In this document: positions 48,648 through 59,403 of the stretch, in pieces
Numbering within the stretch: position 1 is the stretch's first letter
How the letters are laid out: every line of letters begins with the position of its first letter
Source: an uncultured Gemmatimonadaceae bacterium
GTDB lineage: Bacteria; Gemmatimonadota; Gemmatimonadetes; Gemmatimonadales; Gemmatimonadaceae
Reading direction: 5' to 3'
Assembly (NCBI GenBank): GCA_963740355.1
Contig: CAVUDW010000004.1
Coordinates: 1-64,000 of the forward strand
DNA length: 64,000 nt
The notes under the pieces: generated by a model
Database searches by the model: none
The model's input: the letters and a program-made list of their open reading frames with translations, nothing else
Told to the model about the DNA's origin: nothing
Program-made: the position numbers and the translations under genes

Positions 48648-50020
48648 CGGGCACGTGGGGCGAGTTGTTCGACGAGCCGGCCGCAGCGGCTGCGTATCCG
48701 GGCGAGTCGCCAGAAACGGCACTCGCCATCGCCACACTCACGCGCGCGGCGAAGGATGTGATCGAGGGGGCCTTTTCGCCGCTCTGGGTGCGTGGCGAGA
48801 TCAGTGACTTCAAGGCGCATCGGAACGGCCATTGGTACTTCTCGTTGCGGGATGCCGAGGCACGCGTGCGGTGCGTGATGTGGCGTGGCGATGTGCAGCG
48901 CGCCCCCACGCGCCCCACCGATGGCATGCTCGTGACGGCCTTCGGTCAGATGACCGTGTACACCAATGGCGGTGATCTCCAGCTCCGCGTCACGCGGTTG
49001 GGCGCCGAAGGTGATGGGCTGTGGAGAAAGGCGCTCGAAGAGACCCTCGCGCGCCTGCGCAGCGATGGCCTGCTGGACGAGGAGCGCAAGCGGCCGTTGC
49101 CACGTCTCCCCAAGGTGGTGGCCGTGGTGACCAGTCCCGATGGGGCAGCCTTGCAGGACATTCGAGCGGTGGCCGCACGTCGCTTCTCCGCGGTGCAACT
49201 GGTGCTGGTGCCCGCCAAGGTGCAGGGTGAAGGAACGGCCGATGAACTCGTCCGCGCGATGGAGAAGATCGAGCGGTGGGGCGGTGCCGACGTCGTGATC
49301 ATCGGGCGCGGTGGCGGTGCACGCGAGGACCTCTGGGCCTTCAATGATGAACGTGTCGCACGCGCTGTCGCAGCGTGCAGCGTGCCGGTGATCTCAGCCG
49401 TCGGGCACGAAGTGGATATCACGGTCGTCGATCTGGTCGCAGACCTGCGCGCACCAACACCATCTGCTGCCGCCGAAGCCGCGGTGCCCGATCGCGATGC
49501 CCTCGTGAGCGAAGTCGAGTCCCTCCGCCGTCGCCTGGCCAACGCCGCCACGCGCGCGATGCAGCGTCGCCGGCAACTCGTCGCCGCTGTGGGTGGACGA
49601 TTCGCCGCTGGTGCGCGTGGCCTCGCCGCGCTGGAACAGGCTCGCTTGCGGGCATTTGGGCAGGCGATGGCCGTGCATACACGCCGCGCACTCCTCCGAA
49701 AGCATGCGCGCGTCGATGCGTTGCGGCCATCCTTGAGTGCGTTCCCGGTGGCCGACCTGGCGCCGCGACGTGGTGAACTGGCGGCGTTGGCAGGCAGGCT
49801 GGACGCACTCAGCCCGCTGGCAACACTCGGGCGTGGATATGCCGTGGCGCGATCGCTGGAGGGCCAGGCGATGGCCAGTGTCCGTGATTTCAAGCCGGGG
49901 ACGCCGTTCGACGTCCTGCTGGCTGATGGTGCCGTGCGTGCGACCACGACGGCGCGTCGCTCTGGCGCGCCTCTGGATGCCGTGACAGGATTGCGTGAGG
50001 GGGCCTCCGATGACGTATGA
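48644..50020 (+). CDS. xseA: Exodeoxyribonuclease VII large subunit
   Basis: [30 protein letters not shown] and TPSAAAE. Confidence 0.95.
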   Translation: MTGTWGELFDEPAAAAAYPGESPETALAIATLTRAAKDVIEGAFSPLWVRGEISDFKAHRNGHWYFSLRDAEARVRCVMWRGDVQRAPTRPTDGMLVTAFGQMTVYTNGGDLQLRVTRLGAEGDGLWRKALEETLARLRSDGLLDEERKRPLPRLPKVVAVVTSPDGAALQDIRAVAARRFSAVQLVLVPAKVQGEGTADELVRAMEKIERWGGADVVIIGRGGGAREDLWAFNDERVARAVAACSVPVISAVGHEVDITVVDLVADLRAPTPSAAAEAAVPDRDALVSEVESLRRRLANAATRAMQRRRQLVAAVGGRFAAGARGLAALEQARLRAFGQAMAVHTRRALLRKHARVDALRPSLSAFPVADLAPRRGELAALAGRLDALSPLATLGRGYAVARSLEGQAMASVRDFKPGTPFDVLLADGAVRATTTARRSGAPLDAVTGLREGASDDV

Positions 50021-50222
50021 AGAATCAGTGCAGCGGCTGCAGGCAATCGTCAGTGAACTCGAGGGTGACCGGCTGCCGTTGGCACAGGCGTTGGCGCTAT
50101 TCGAGGAAGGCGTTGCCCGCCTGCGGGAAGCGACGGCGGCACTCGCCGACGCGGATACCCGCGTGCAGCAGCTGGTGGAATCCATCGATGGGAGCCTGAC
50201 GGTTGCTGACCAGCGAAGCTGA
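50010..50222 (+). CDS. xseB: Exodeoxyribonuclease VII small subunit
   Basis: [16 protein letters not shown]...LPLAQALALFEEGV. Confidence 0.92.
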   Translation: MTYEESVQRLQAIVSELEGDRLPLAQALALFEEGVARLREATAALADADTRVQQLVESIDGSLTVADQRS

Positions 50223-51111
50223 GGCGCCCGACTTGACCTTCCGCGCCGAGCGCGCGGCGGTCGCGGCAGCCCTGACGGGATTTTGCGACACGTACCTCGC
50301 CGACGCGCCGGGGTCCGTGGGTGCGGCCATCCGGTACAGCCTGCTCGGTGAGGGGAAGCGACTGCGGGCGGTGCTCGTCGGTGCGGCATACACAGCCGCC
50401 GGCGGCACTGGCGACGTCAGCGCGCTCGCGGCCGCCGTCGAGGTCGTGCACGCCTACTCGCTGGTGCATGACGACCTGCCATGCATGGACGACGATGACA
50501 TGCGCCGCGGTCGGCCCACGACCCACATCGTCTACGGTGTGTCGGTGGCAACGGCGGCCGGGCTCGCAATGGTCCCGCTGGCGGCGCGGACCGCCGCCGC
50601 GGCCGCTCGTGAGCTGGGGTTGGCGCCGGCGACCATCGGCGCGATCGTCCGGGAACTGATGGGTGCGGCTGGTGGCGCGGGCATGATCGGGGGGCAACTT
50701 CTCGATCTGGAGGGCGAAGGTCGCCCGCTCGCCCTCGCCGACCTCGAGCGGATCCATCGTCTCAAGACCGGTGCCCTCATCACGGCCTCGGTCCGGCTCG
50801 GTGGACTCGCAGCCGGCGCGAGCAGTGAACAGATGGCGGCCTTCACGCGGTACGGCGATGCCATAGGGCTGGCGTTCCAGATCGCCGACGACGTGCTGGA
50901 TGTGACGGCGACGACGGATCAGCTGGGCAAGACGGCAGGACGGGACATCGCGCTTGCGAAGTCGACGTATCCGGCGTTGCTCGGCATCGACGGAGCGGTC
51001 TCGCGAGCGGAAGCGTTGGTCGAGGAAGGGTGCGCATCACTGCAGGCAGCGGGCCTCCTCACGCCGCAGCTCGAGCACCTCGCACGGTTTTTTGTCACCA
51101 GGCAGTCGTAA
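50203..51111 (+). CDS. ispA: Polyprenyl (farnesyl/geranylgeranyl) diphosphate synthase
   Basis: GKRLR, SLVHDDLPCMDDDDMRRG, KTGAL and FQIADD. Confidence 0.93.
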   Translation: MLTSEAEAPDLTFRAERAAVAAALTGFCDTYLADAPGSVGAAIRYSLLGEGKRLRAVLVGAAYTAAGGTGDVSALAAAVEVVHAYSLVHDDLPCMDDDDMRRGRPTTHIVYGVSVATAAGLAMVPLAARTAAAAARELGLAPATIGAIVRELMGAAGGAGMIGGQLLDLEGEGRPLALADLERIHRLKTGALITASVRLGGLAAGASSEQMAAFTRYGDAIGLAFQIADDVLDVTATTDQLGKTAGRDIALAKSTYPALLGIDGAVSRAEALVEEGCASLQAAGLLTPQLEHLARFFVTRQS

Positions 51112-51194
51112 GGACGCGTACTTTTATCGCTGGATCGCCCCGCGCCACCGCCAGGTGGAGCCGGGGTGATGAACACCATCTTCGGAGTTGCCAA

Positions 51195-53078
51195 ATGTCC
51201 ATCCTCGACCGAGTGAAATCACCCGCTGACCTGAAGGGGTTGTCGCGTGACGAGCTCCGGGCGCTGTCCGCTGACATGCGGGCATTCCTGATCGACAACT
51301 GCTCCCGCACCGGCGGTCACATCGGTGCAGGGCTCGGTGTCGTCGAGCTCACCGTCGCGTTGCACGCGGTGCTCGACACGCCTGCCGATCAGCTGGTCTG
51401 GGATGTTGGACATCAGGGCTATCCGCACAAGCTGCTCACCGGTCGCCGCGAAGACTTCAAGACATTGCGGCAGGAAGACGGCATGTCCGGCTTCCTCAAG
51501 CGCAGCGAAAGTCCCTACGACACGTTCGGCGCGGGACACGCGGCTACTGCCGTGTCGGCCGCCTACGGCATGGCGGTCGGGCGCGACCTGCAGGGTGAAA
51601 ACTTCAAGGTCGCCGCGATCCTTGGTGATGGTGCACTGTCGTGCGGACTCGCGTACGAAGGGCTGAACAACGCCGGCAGCTCGGACCGCGACATCATCAT
51701 CATCCTCAACGACAACGAGATGTCCATCGCGCCGAACGTTGGTGCGATGCACAAGTACCTCGTGAGTGTGCAGCGCAATCCGCTCTACAATCGCGTGCGC
51801 AGCGCAGTCGGCGACCTGGTTGATTCGGCGCCCGGGCCGATTGGCTCGCTGGTGCGGAAGTGGGAGGAGAGCGTCAAGAGTTTCCTCACCCCCGGTGTGC
51901 TGTTCGAGGAACTCGGTTTCCGATACTTCGGTCCGATCGATGGGCACGATATCGACGCGCTGATGGACACGCTCACCGCGGTCCGTGACCTCAAGACGCC
52001 ACGGCTCGTGCACGTGATCACGCAGAAGGGCAAGGGTTTCCCTGCTGGTGAACACACGGAGAAGTGGCATGCCTTGCCGCCGGGGCACGATCCGGCCACC
52101 GGCAAGCAGCTGAAGGCGTCGACCGCCAATCCGGCGTGGACGGCGGTCTTCGGGCAGGGACTGGCCGACCTGATGAAGGAAAAGCCGGAAGTCGCCGCGA
52201 TCACAGCCGCAATGCCCAGCGGCACTGGGATCGGCACCGTGGCCAAGGCGCATCCTGCTCGCACGTTCGACGTCGGCATCGCCGAGGGCCACGCCGTGAC
52301 GTTCGCCGCCGGCCTTGCCACGCGCGGAGTGAAGCCAGTCGTGGCCATCTACTCCACGTTCCTGCAGCGCGCGTACGACAACGTGATCCACGACTGCGCC
52401 ATCCAGCACCTCCCGGTGGTGTTTGCGATGGATCGTGCCGGATTCGTTGGCGAAGATGGCGAAACACACATGGGCCTGTACGACATCGCCTACATGTTGA
52501 CGATTCCGGGCATGACCGTCACGGCGCCGAAGGACTCCACGGAGATGCTGGCGCTGCTGCGCACCGGTGTGGAGCAGAATGACGGCCCGTTCTCGCTTCG
52601 CTATCCGCGCGATGCCTCGCCTGATACCGCTCCACCGATCGCCGAGATTCCTGCCGTGCCACATGGCACGTGGGAAGTCGTGCGCACCGGTTCGGAGTTC
52701 GCCATCCTTGCCGTTGGCACGATGGTGAAGCAGTCACTCGATGCCGCGAAGGCGCTGGCCGACGAAGGGCTCAACGTCACCGTCGTGAACTGTCGCTACC
52801 TCAAGCCATACGACGCGCTCACCCTCTCGGCGCTGCTGGCCGATCACAAGCAGTTGCTGGTGGTCGAGGAAGGCACGGTGGTCAATGGCTTCGGCGCGTA
52901 CATGGCGCAGGTAGTCTCGAAGATCGATCCATCGGTGCGCGTCACGGCCCATGGCATTCCGGATCGCTTCATCTACGCGGCCTCACGGCAGCGGCAGATG
53001 GCCATGTGTGGGCTCGACGCGGCAGGCATCGCCGACAAGGTGCGCGCGCTGCACGAATCCGAAGCCCTCGCCGGGTGA
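51195..53078 (+). CDS. dxs: 1-deoxy-D-xylulose-5-phosphate synthase
   Basis: WDVGHQGYPHK, GDGA..NDNEMSI, DVGIAEGHA and YSTFLQRAYD. Confidence 0.97.
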   Translation: MSILDRVKSPADLKGLSRDELRALSADMRAFLIDNCSRTGGHIGAGLGVVELTVALHAVLDTPADQLVWDVGHQGYPHKLLTGRREDFKTLRQEDGMSGFLKRSESPYDTFGAGHAATAVSAAYGMAVGRDLQGENFKVAAILGDGALSCGLAYEGLNNAGSSDRDIIIILNDNEMSIAPNVGAMHKYLVSVQRNPLYNRVRSAVGDLVDSAPGPIGSLVRKWEESVKSFLTPGVLFEELGFRYFGPIDGHDIDALMDTLTAVRDLKTPRLVHVITQKGKGFPAGEHTEKWHALPPGHDPATGKQLKASTANPAWTAVFGQGLADLMKEKPEVAAITAAMPSGTGIGTVAKAHPARTFDVGIAEGHAVTFAAGLATRGVKPVVAIYSTFLQRAYDNVIHDCAIQHLPVVFAMDRAGFVGEDGETHMGLYDIAYMLTIPGMTVTAPKDSTEMLALLRTGVEQNDGPFSLRYPRDASPDTAPPIAEIPAVPHGTWEVVRTGSEFAILAVGTMVKQSLDAAKALADEGLNVTVVNCRYLKPYDALTLSALLADHKQLLVVEEGTVVNGFGAYMAQVVSKIDPSVRVTAHGIPDRFIYAASRQRQMAMCGLDAAGIADKVRALHESEALAG

Positions 53079-53944
53079 GCATTCGACTCGGCGTCCTCGG
53101 ACACCGCGGGTACGAGGGACTGCAGGACGTGCTCGCCGAGTTGCAGCGCCTTGCGCCGCAACTCGGCGTGTCGTTGTTCATCGAACGTGGCCTCGTCGTC
53201 GATGCGCGTGATGCTGCGCCACTGACGGAAGAAACCGAACTCGATGTCCTGCTGACCATGGGCGGCGATGGCACCTTCCTGCGGGGTGCCCGGTTCCTGC
53301 GCGGGCGCCAGATTCCGATCGCCGGCCTGAACCTGGGACGGCTCGGGTTCCTCACGTCAGGTTCGCGCGACCACCTCGCGCAGAGTCTCCACGACATCGC
53401 CAAGTTCGATTTTCCTGTCGAACGGCGCATGGCGCTCGAAGCCCACGTCACCGACTCGACCGGACGTGAACATTACCGCTGGCGCGCCGTGAACGACGTC
53501 GTGCTGCACAAGGGCGGCTTTGCGCGTGTGCTGCAGTTGCGCGCCAGCGTCGATGGTCGCGAAATCGCGAGGTATTCGGCCGACGGTGTGATTGCCGCGA
53601 CGCCGACCGGATCGACGGCGTACTCACTGTCCGCCGGCGGGCCGGTGATCGTGCCGACCGTCGAGTCGATCCTGCTCACGCCGGTCTCGCCGCACACCCT
53701 GGCGATGCGACCAGTGGTGCTGCCGCCGACGGCTCAACTCGCGCTCGAAGTGTTGCGTGAAGCGACGGAATTGCTGATCACCGTGGACGGGCAGGTCGGC
53801 GCAATGTTCGGATCTGGAGAGACGCTCCACGTGCAGCGATCGCCGAATCCGATCCTCGTCGCACGCATTGACGAAGATGAGGATGGCTTCTTCGGGCGCC
53901 TGCGCCAGAAGCTCGGCTGGGGCGGCCTGGCCGAACGCGACTAG
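53075..53944 (+). CDS. nadK: NAD(+) kinase
   Basis: GGDGTFL, GRLGFL, ND and TPTGSTAYSLSAGGP. Confidence 0.95.
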   Translation: MSIRLGVLGHRGYEGLQDVLAELQRLAPQLGVSLFIERGLVVDARDAAPLTEETELDVLLTMGGDGTFLRGARFLRGRQIPIAGLNLGRLGFLTSGSRDHLAQSLHDIAKFDFPVERRMALEAHVTDSTGREHYRWRAVNDVVLHKGGFARVLQLRASVDGREIARYSADGVIAATPTGSTAYSLSAGGPVIVPTVESILLTPVSPHTLAMRPVVLPPTAQLALEVLREATELLITVDGQVGAMFGSGETLHVQRSPNPILVARIDEDEDGFFGRLRQKLGWGGLAERD

Positions 53945-53958
53945 GCAGCGATACCACC

Positions 53959-55671
53959 ATGCTGCTCGAACTGCGAATCCGCGACCTCGCGATCATTCGA
54001 CAGGTGACGCTCCCGCTGGCGCCAGCCTTCAATGTGCTGAGTGGCGAGACTGGTGCCGGCAAGTCGATCATCGTCGGCGCACTCACCGTGCTCCTCGGCG
54101 ATCGTGCCAGTGCTGACATGGTGCGCACCGGTGCTGACCGGGCGACCGTCGAAGGGGTGTTCGATGTGGCGGAGCAGCGCGACGTTCTCGAGGCGCTCGA
54201 TGAACGTGGCCTCGAGCATGAACATGGCACGTTGGTATTGAAGCGGGAGATCGCGCCGGGGCGTGCGCGCGCCTGGATCAATGGTACGCCGGTCACGGCC
54301 ACCGTTCTTGGCGAGATCGGTCGGTTGCTCGTCACGGTCCATGGTCAACACGAAGCGCACACGCTGCTCGATGCCTCATCGCAACGGCGCTGGCTCGACG
54401 CCACCGCGGGGGCGCTGCCCTTGGCGAAGGATGTTGCCACTCGCCACGCCACCGTGCTAGCGGCGCGTGTCGCAATCGCTGAACGGCGCTCGCGCCAACG
54501 CGAGGCAGAACAGCGCGCCGACTTTCTGCGACACGTCGTCGATGAGATCGAGAAGGCGCAGCTGGTTGCAGGCGAAGATGAGCGGCTGACCGAGGAGCTG
54601 CAGCGCCTCGAGCATGCAGATGAATTGCGTGCGATTGCCGAGCAGGTGGTGCGACGGCTCGACGGCGGTGACGATGACGGCGGTGGCCTGGTGCAGCAGC
54701 TGGGGACGATCCAGCGCCTGCTCTCGCAGCTTCGGCGAATCGATGGCGGCGCCGATCGCCTCGCGCAGCTCGCCGACGAAGCGGCATATGCACTGGAAGA
54801 GTTGCTGCGTGATGCAGGCACCTATGCGTCTGGCGTGGAGCTCGATCCAGAACGGCTGGTCGAGGCGCAGCGCCGCCGGGATGTGGTGTTCCGGTTGCTG
54901 AAGAAGTACGGTCCCAGCCTCGCAGATGTGCTCGCGGAGGCGAGCGCTGCGCGTGAGGCACTTCGGCTCGTGGATGATGCCGAGGCGGACCTGCGCCGGC
55001 TGCACGATGAGTTGCATGCAGCACAGGAGTCGTTCGGGCACGCGGCCGCTGAGCTCACGAAGGCGCGGCGCAAGAGCGCCGAGTTGCTGGCCGCCACGGT
55101 CTCCGCGCAGCTCCCGGCACTGGGATTGCCCGAGGGGCGATTCATCGTCGCACTGCCGCCGCGTGATGAGCCGGGACCGACGGGCAACGAAGAAGTGGAG
55201 TTTCGTGTGGCCCTCAACGCCGGACACGAAGCCCGCCCCCTGTCACGCGTGGCGAGTGGCGGCGAATTGTCGCGTGTGATGCTGGCGCTGGCCAGTACGC
55301 AGGCCGCGCAGGGGAGCGTACCGACGCTGGTGTTCGACGAGATCGATGCCGGCATCGGCGGGCGGGTCGGACAGCAGGTCGGTGATGCGTTGCGTGCGCT
55401 CGCCTCGCGCCACCAGGTGTTCGCCATCACGCACTTGCCGCAGCTCGCATCGCGCGCCCATCACCACATCGTGGTGGAGAAGGGCACGGCCGATGGGGTG
55501 ACGTCGACTGACGTTCGGGTCGTCACCGGTGACGAGCGCGCGAGCGAAGTCGCGCGCATGCTTGGCGGCGATCCATCGAGCACGGTTGGCGTTGCGCACG
55601 CCGAAGAACTCTTGCGCGGCAATGCGCCACCGATGTCGAAGGCGCCCGCCCGTGCCACCAGGCGACGTTAG
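53959..55671 (+). CDS. recN: DNA repair protein RecN
   Basis: GETGAGKS, HGQHE, ASGGELSR, FDEIDAGIGG and ITHLPQ. Confidence 0.96.
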   Translation: MLLELRIRDLAIIRQVTLPLAPAFNVLSGETGAGKSIIVGALTVLLGDRASADMVRTGADRATVEGVFDVAEQRDVLEALDERGLEHEHGTLVLKREIAPGRARAWINGTPVTATVLGEIGRLLVTVHGQHEAHTLLDASSQRRWLDATAGALPLAKDVATRHATVLAARVAIAERRSRQREAEQRADFLRHVVDEIEKAQLVAGEDERLTEELQRLEHADELRAIAEQVVRRLDGGDDDGGGLVQQLGTIQRLLSQLRRIDGGADRLAQLADEAAYALEELLRDAGTYASGVELDPERLVEAQRRRDVVFRLLKKYGPSLADVLAEASAAREALRLVDDAEADLRRLHDELHAAQESFGHAAAELTKARRKSAELLAATVSAQLPALGLPEGRFIVALPPRDEPGPTGNEEVEFRVALNAGHEARPLSRVASGGELSRVMLALASTQAAQGSVPTLVFDEIDAGIGGRVGQQVGDALRALASRHQVFAITHLPQLASRAHHHIVVEKGTADGVTSTDVRVVTGDERASEVARMLGGDPSSTVGVAHAEELLRGNAPPMSKAPARATRRR

Positions 55672-57344
55672 CGTCGCGGGTAGAGCCGGATCTGGAGCTG
55701 GTGGATCGACAGCTTCGCCACGTTGCCTCCAGTGCCCGAGATGGTGCGGGAGTTGAAGTACTGGAATTCGATCGGCAGTTTCGCCTTGCCGCGAGCATGT
55801 GCCGCGACACTGGAAAATGTGATTCCGAATCCGAGCCGCTGCTCGGTCGCTGCCGTTTCGTACGCCAGGGTGCTGGCATCCAGCGTCACCGGTGCCGCCA
55901 GACCTGATTCGGTGGGCGACACGACGTAGGTCCCGCTGAACTTGTCCTCGGCCTTGTTCCGGTACAGGTACTGGGCGCCCACCGAGAAGAAGTCGCTCAA
56001 GACCCAGCGCGGGGTGACCTCGATCTCGAGCTGATCACCGAGGTCGCGGTTCACCACGCGCTGCCGCCACGATGCGGCGAAGACCTCGTTCGGTTGATCG
56101 GTGATCCGGCGGATCGGTTGGTCGGCCATCTGCACCGTGTAGCGTGCGATCACGGAGGTGAAGAACTTTCGCCCGTAAACGACATCCGTGAACGACCGCA
56201 CCTCGATGTCATTCTGCCCCTGTCCGGTTCCTATGTCGAGAAAGTCATCCGGCTGATCGATCGTGCCCGTGCCGAAACGGTAGGCACCGGCAAAGCTTTG
56301 CCGAAGATTCAAGCCGGACGGAAGGAATCGCGTGGTGTCGCTGCGCATCCCGAAGGTGTCGAACAGGCGTACCTTCACCGATGCCTCGACATCGCCAAGT
56401 CCCTGATGCGTGATCGTGCCGAGTGGCGCGGCATTGATGCCGAAGAGCGTATCGCCCACGACGCGTTGCAGCCCGTCGGGGGTCAGTCCGGCGGTTGGTC
56501 GTGAGGGCAGGGAAGTCGCGGCCAGGGCCGTGATGCCGTACTGCGTGAATTGCGTGCGGAAGGTGCTGAGCCGATTGAGGATCGCCGAGTCTGCAGCACT
56601 GCCGGCGATCGGCACGAACAGCGAGCCATTGGTGCGCGTCGTGCCATACACCGCGCGCACCGCGTTCTCGAAATCGGTCGCACCGGCTGTGATCGTGGGT
56701 GCGTTCGCGATCACGCTGGCACATGATGCATTCGACCCGGGATTTGCCGTGCACGATGCCAGCAAGGCGGCCAGCTGCGTCCGGGCGGCGTTCAGCTGAG
56801 TCACGAGCAACAGGTTGGCCGCCGCCGGGCTGTCGCCATCGCGCGCAGGGTTGATGCTCACCGTGCCAGCCGCCGTGCCGCCGTTCACATTCAACAACAC
56901 CTGCTTCCTCGCGCTCACGATCGGAACCATCACACCGATCGAGAGCCAGTTCGTGAGGCCAGCCTCCAGCGCGATCGGGGTCGTCTGCACCCGCACACTC
57001 GAGACCATGTTCGATCGACCGAGGCTCAATCGGAAGGCACTGTTCCCGGTCAGCGTCCGAATCGCACTCTGCACCGACGACAAGCCTGGAAACTGCGGAA
57101 TGCCGAGCGAGTCGGATGTGAAGTCGCCATCCAGCGGCTCCAGCGACCCATCGGCGCGACCTGGGGTGCCCTTGCCATAGCGCTGGCTGAAGTCCGTGAT
57201 CGACGTGCTCAACTGCACCCGGATCGCGCCGCGTGGTGCGGTGAGTGCGTCGTCACCAAGGCCGCGAACCGGTTGGGCCGTGAGTGCCGGACCAACGCAG
57301 GCGATCGACACCGCCAGCGCACACGCAAACGCACCCAGTCGCAT
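55668..57344 (-). CDS. Hypothetical exported protein, probable outer-membrane beta-barrel
   Basis: Signal peptide, alternating amphipathic strands, GLGDVE motif and C-terminal QIRLYPRR. Start may instead be the TTG at 57365. Confidence 0.6.
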   Translation of the reverse strand: MRLGAFACALAVSIACVGPALTAQPVRGLGDDALTAPRGAIRVQLSTSITDFSQRYGKGTPGRADGSLEPLDGDFTSDSLGIPQFPGLSSVQSAIRTLTGNSAFRLSLGRSNMVSSVRVQTTPIALEAGLTNWLSIGVMVPIVSARKQVLLNVNGGTAAGTVSINPARDGDSPAAANLLLVTQLNAARTQLAALLASCTANPGSNASCASVIANAPTITAGATDFENAVRAVYGTTRTNGSLFVPIAGSAADSAILNRLSTFRTQFTQYGITALAATSLPSRPTAGLTPDGLQRVVGDTLFGINAAPLGTITHQGLGDVEASVKVRLFDTFGMRSDTTRFLPSGLNLRQSFAGAYRFGTGTIDQPDDFLDIGTGQGQNDIEVRSFTDVVYGRKFFTSVIARYTVQMADQPIRRITDQPNEVFAASWRQRVVNRDLGDQLEIEVTPRWVLSDFFSVGAQYLYRNKAEDKFSGTYVVSPTESGLAAPVTLDASTLAYETAATEQRLGFGITFSSVAAHARGKAKLPIEFQYFNSRTISGTGGNVAKLSIHQLQIRLYPRR

Positions 57345-57462
57345 AAGTTGACGAGTCTCGAGCAAGAGTCAGTCCAGTGATCGATCCGCTCGCACGAGGC
57401 GCCACCGGTGTGGCCAGACTGCCTGTCGAGCATTCGCCGGTCAATTTACCTCGATACACCGC

Positions 57463-59238
57463 ATGGACCGCATTCCGCTCCCGAGTGTTCCCTGGCAACT
57501 GACCGGCAATCACTGGCTGGCATTGCCCTGTATTCACCCCGCGACGGGGGCCATCCATCGGATGAGCGTCCTGCATCGCGGTGCTCGTGCGGCGCTCGAG
57601 TTCGTCGCATCTGACACCGAGAACGGCAGCGACGCCCCGCTGCTCCGACCGACGATGGTCGTCGATGGCGAAGCGGTTGCACTTGGCGCGACGGGCATGG
57701 CCTGGGAGCGTGCGCTCGGCTGGCTGCCGACCTTCACCTGCACCGTTGGCTCACTGCTGGTGCGCGGCATGGTCTTCTGCCCGTTCGGACGTGACGCTGA
57801 CATGGCAGGTGCCGTGTACACGTTCGCGATCGAGAATCGCGGGACGAAGGCGCGGACGGTGACGCTGGCGCTGGAAGGTGACGGCGGGGCGCTGGTTCCA
57901 CGCGTCCGACGTGCGCGTCCGGCGGCGGGACGGTTGCAGGGTGCCGTGGCGGAAGGCGTCGTGGTGCTCGATCCCGGCGTGACGCCTGGTCTGGCGGCCT
58001 TTGCGCTCGCCGCCGATGGCGACGGCGAGGTGAGTGCGTCGGCGTCCGGTGCCGCACGGCTGGCGCGTACCGTCACCTTGGCGCCTGGTGCACGCGATGA
58101 ACTTGCTTTCTACCTCGCGGCGGGGCCCGAGCGCGATGGCGCGATCGCCACGTCGGCGGCCATGCGCCGTCGCGGGTGGCAGTGGCTGCTCTCCGCAACC
58201 CGTGACGCGCTCACGGCTCTCCAGCAATCCACCGGGAGCGAGTCACTCGACCGGCTGGTCAACGCCAATCTGCTCTTCGCCTATTTCTATGCCGTCGGTC
58301 GCGCACTGGATGATGCCCATTTCTACCTGATGCGCACACGCGTGCCTTGGCATCCCGCGGGCGTCACGATGCGTGAGTGGGACGCATTGATGATGACGCT
58401 GCCCGCCGTGCAGATGGCCGATCCGGGGCTCGCGCGTGAACTTTTGTTGCGCATGTGCGAACTGCACGGCTACGCACCGGGGCGTGGTACCCACTATTTC
58501 GATGGCACGATGTTCGAGCCTGCCTTTTCGCTCGAAGGTGCCGCCGCGTATGTGCTGGCCGTCGATCGCTACACCGCGGAGTCGAAGGACGACCAGATCA
58601 TCGACGATCCAGTTCTCGCCGACACGCTTTACCTGGTGAATGACGAGTTGGCAGAGCGGCGGAACGCCGAGTTGCCGCTGTACTCCACCGAAGTGACGCC
58701 GGCCGGTGTCGTGCCGCCGCAACCGTACACCGCGCACGCGAACGGCGTCGCGGCGCTGGCGCTCGACATCCTGCGGCGGACGCTCGACGAGGAAACGTCG
58801 CGTGACGTGCCCGATGGTGAGGCCGTTCGAGCCACACTGCAGCGCACGTTCGAGCGAAGCGAGGGCGGGAAGAAGACGCTCTGCACCGCGGTGGACCTGA
58901 GCGGCGCGGAGTCGCGACACGACGACGCCATCGGATCGCTGCTCTGGCTGCCGATGTATGGCGGCATCGACGCCGACGATGCCGTGTTCAAGCGCACCGC
59001 GCGCGCGCTGGCGACGCCGACGACTGAACTATCAACGATCATTGCGCGCCTCTGTGGTCCGGACAGCGTGGCGGTGCTGGAGTGGCTCCGCCGGGCGCCA
59101 CTCGACGGCGGTGTGGCCGCGGAGTTCGTGGATGCCGATGGACGCGCCATCGCCAATGGCGGAGATGCGGCGCTGGCGGGCCTCCTTGCCGCGACCGTGT
59201 GCTGGCTGACACGCCCTACGGGGCCCGATGGTCCGTAG
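57463..59238 (+). CDS. Putative six-hairpin (alpha/alpha)6 glycoside hydrolase (GH125-like)
   Basis: N-terminal beta-sandwich and helical C-terminal domain with HYFDG..FEPAFSLE, LYSTE, PYTAHAN and AAEFVD. Family call made from pattern only. Confidence 0.5.
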   Translation: MDRIPLPSVPWQLTGNHWLALPCIHPATGAIHRMSVLHRGARAALEFVASDTENGSDAPLLRPTMVVDGEAVALGATGMAWERALGWLPTFTCTVGSLLVRGMVFCPFGRDADMAGAVYTFAIENRGTKARTVTLALEGDGGALVPRVRRARPAAGRLQGAVAEGVVVLDPGVTPGLAAFALAADGDGEVSASASGAARLARTVTLAPGARDELAFYLAAGPERDGAIATSAAMRRRGWQWLLSATRDALTALQQSTGSESLDRLVNANLLFAYFYAVGRALDDAHFYLMRTRVPWHPAGVTMREWDALMMTLPAVQMADPGLARELLLRMCELHGYAPGRGTHYFDGTMFEPAFSLEGAAAYVLAVDRYTAESKDDQIIDDPVLADTLYLVNDELAERRNAELPLYSTEVTPAGVVPPQPYTAHANGVAALALDILRRTLDEETSRDVPDGEAVRATLQRTFERSEGGKKTLCTAVDLSGAESRHDDAIGSLLWLPMYGGIDADDAVFKRTARALATPTTELSTIIARLCGPDSVAVLEWLRRAPLDGGVAAEFVDADGRAIANGGDAALAGLLAATVCWLTRPTGPDGP

Positions 59239-59244
59239 GTGCGC

Positions 59245-59273
59245 TTGTCGGCGTGTCCCGAGGTGCCTATACT
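59245..59273 (+). promoter_or_regulatory. sigma70 promoter of the tRNA pair
   Basis: TTGTCG-17 nt-TATACT, about 10 nt upstream of tRNA-Gly. Confidence 0.7.
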
Positions 59274-59282
59274 GCCCTCCAC

Positions 59283-59355
59283 GCGGGAATAGCTCAGTTG
59301 GTAGAGCACAACCTTGCCAAGGTTGGGGTCGCGGGTTCGAGTCCCGTTTCCCGCT
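59283..59355 (+). tRNA. tRNA-Gly(GCC)
   Basis: GCGGGAA-TAGCTCAGTTGGTAGAGC-ACAACC-TTGCCAA-GGTTG...GGTTCGAGTCCC-GTTTCCCGCT; CCA not encoded. Confidence 0.97.
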
Positions 59356-59369
59356 CTGGGAGTAGTCTG

Positions 59370-59400
59370 ACGGGAGCGGCGCGTGCCGCTCCCGTTTTTT
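59370..59400 (+). terminator. Intrinsic terminator between tRNA-Gly and tRNA-Leu
   Basis: ACGGGAGCGGC-GCGT-GCCGCTCCCGT followed by TTTTT. Confidence 0.8.
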
Positions 59401-59403
59401 GTT

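Noticed and set aside
51219..52664. Long antisense ORFs (also 22336-23805, 11943-13553, 38856-40415 and others)
   Set aside because: Expected stop-poor shadow frames of high-GC genes, with no recognisable motifs.
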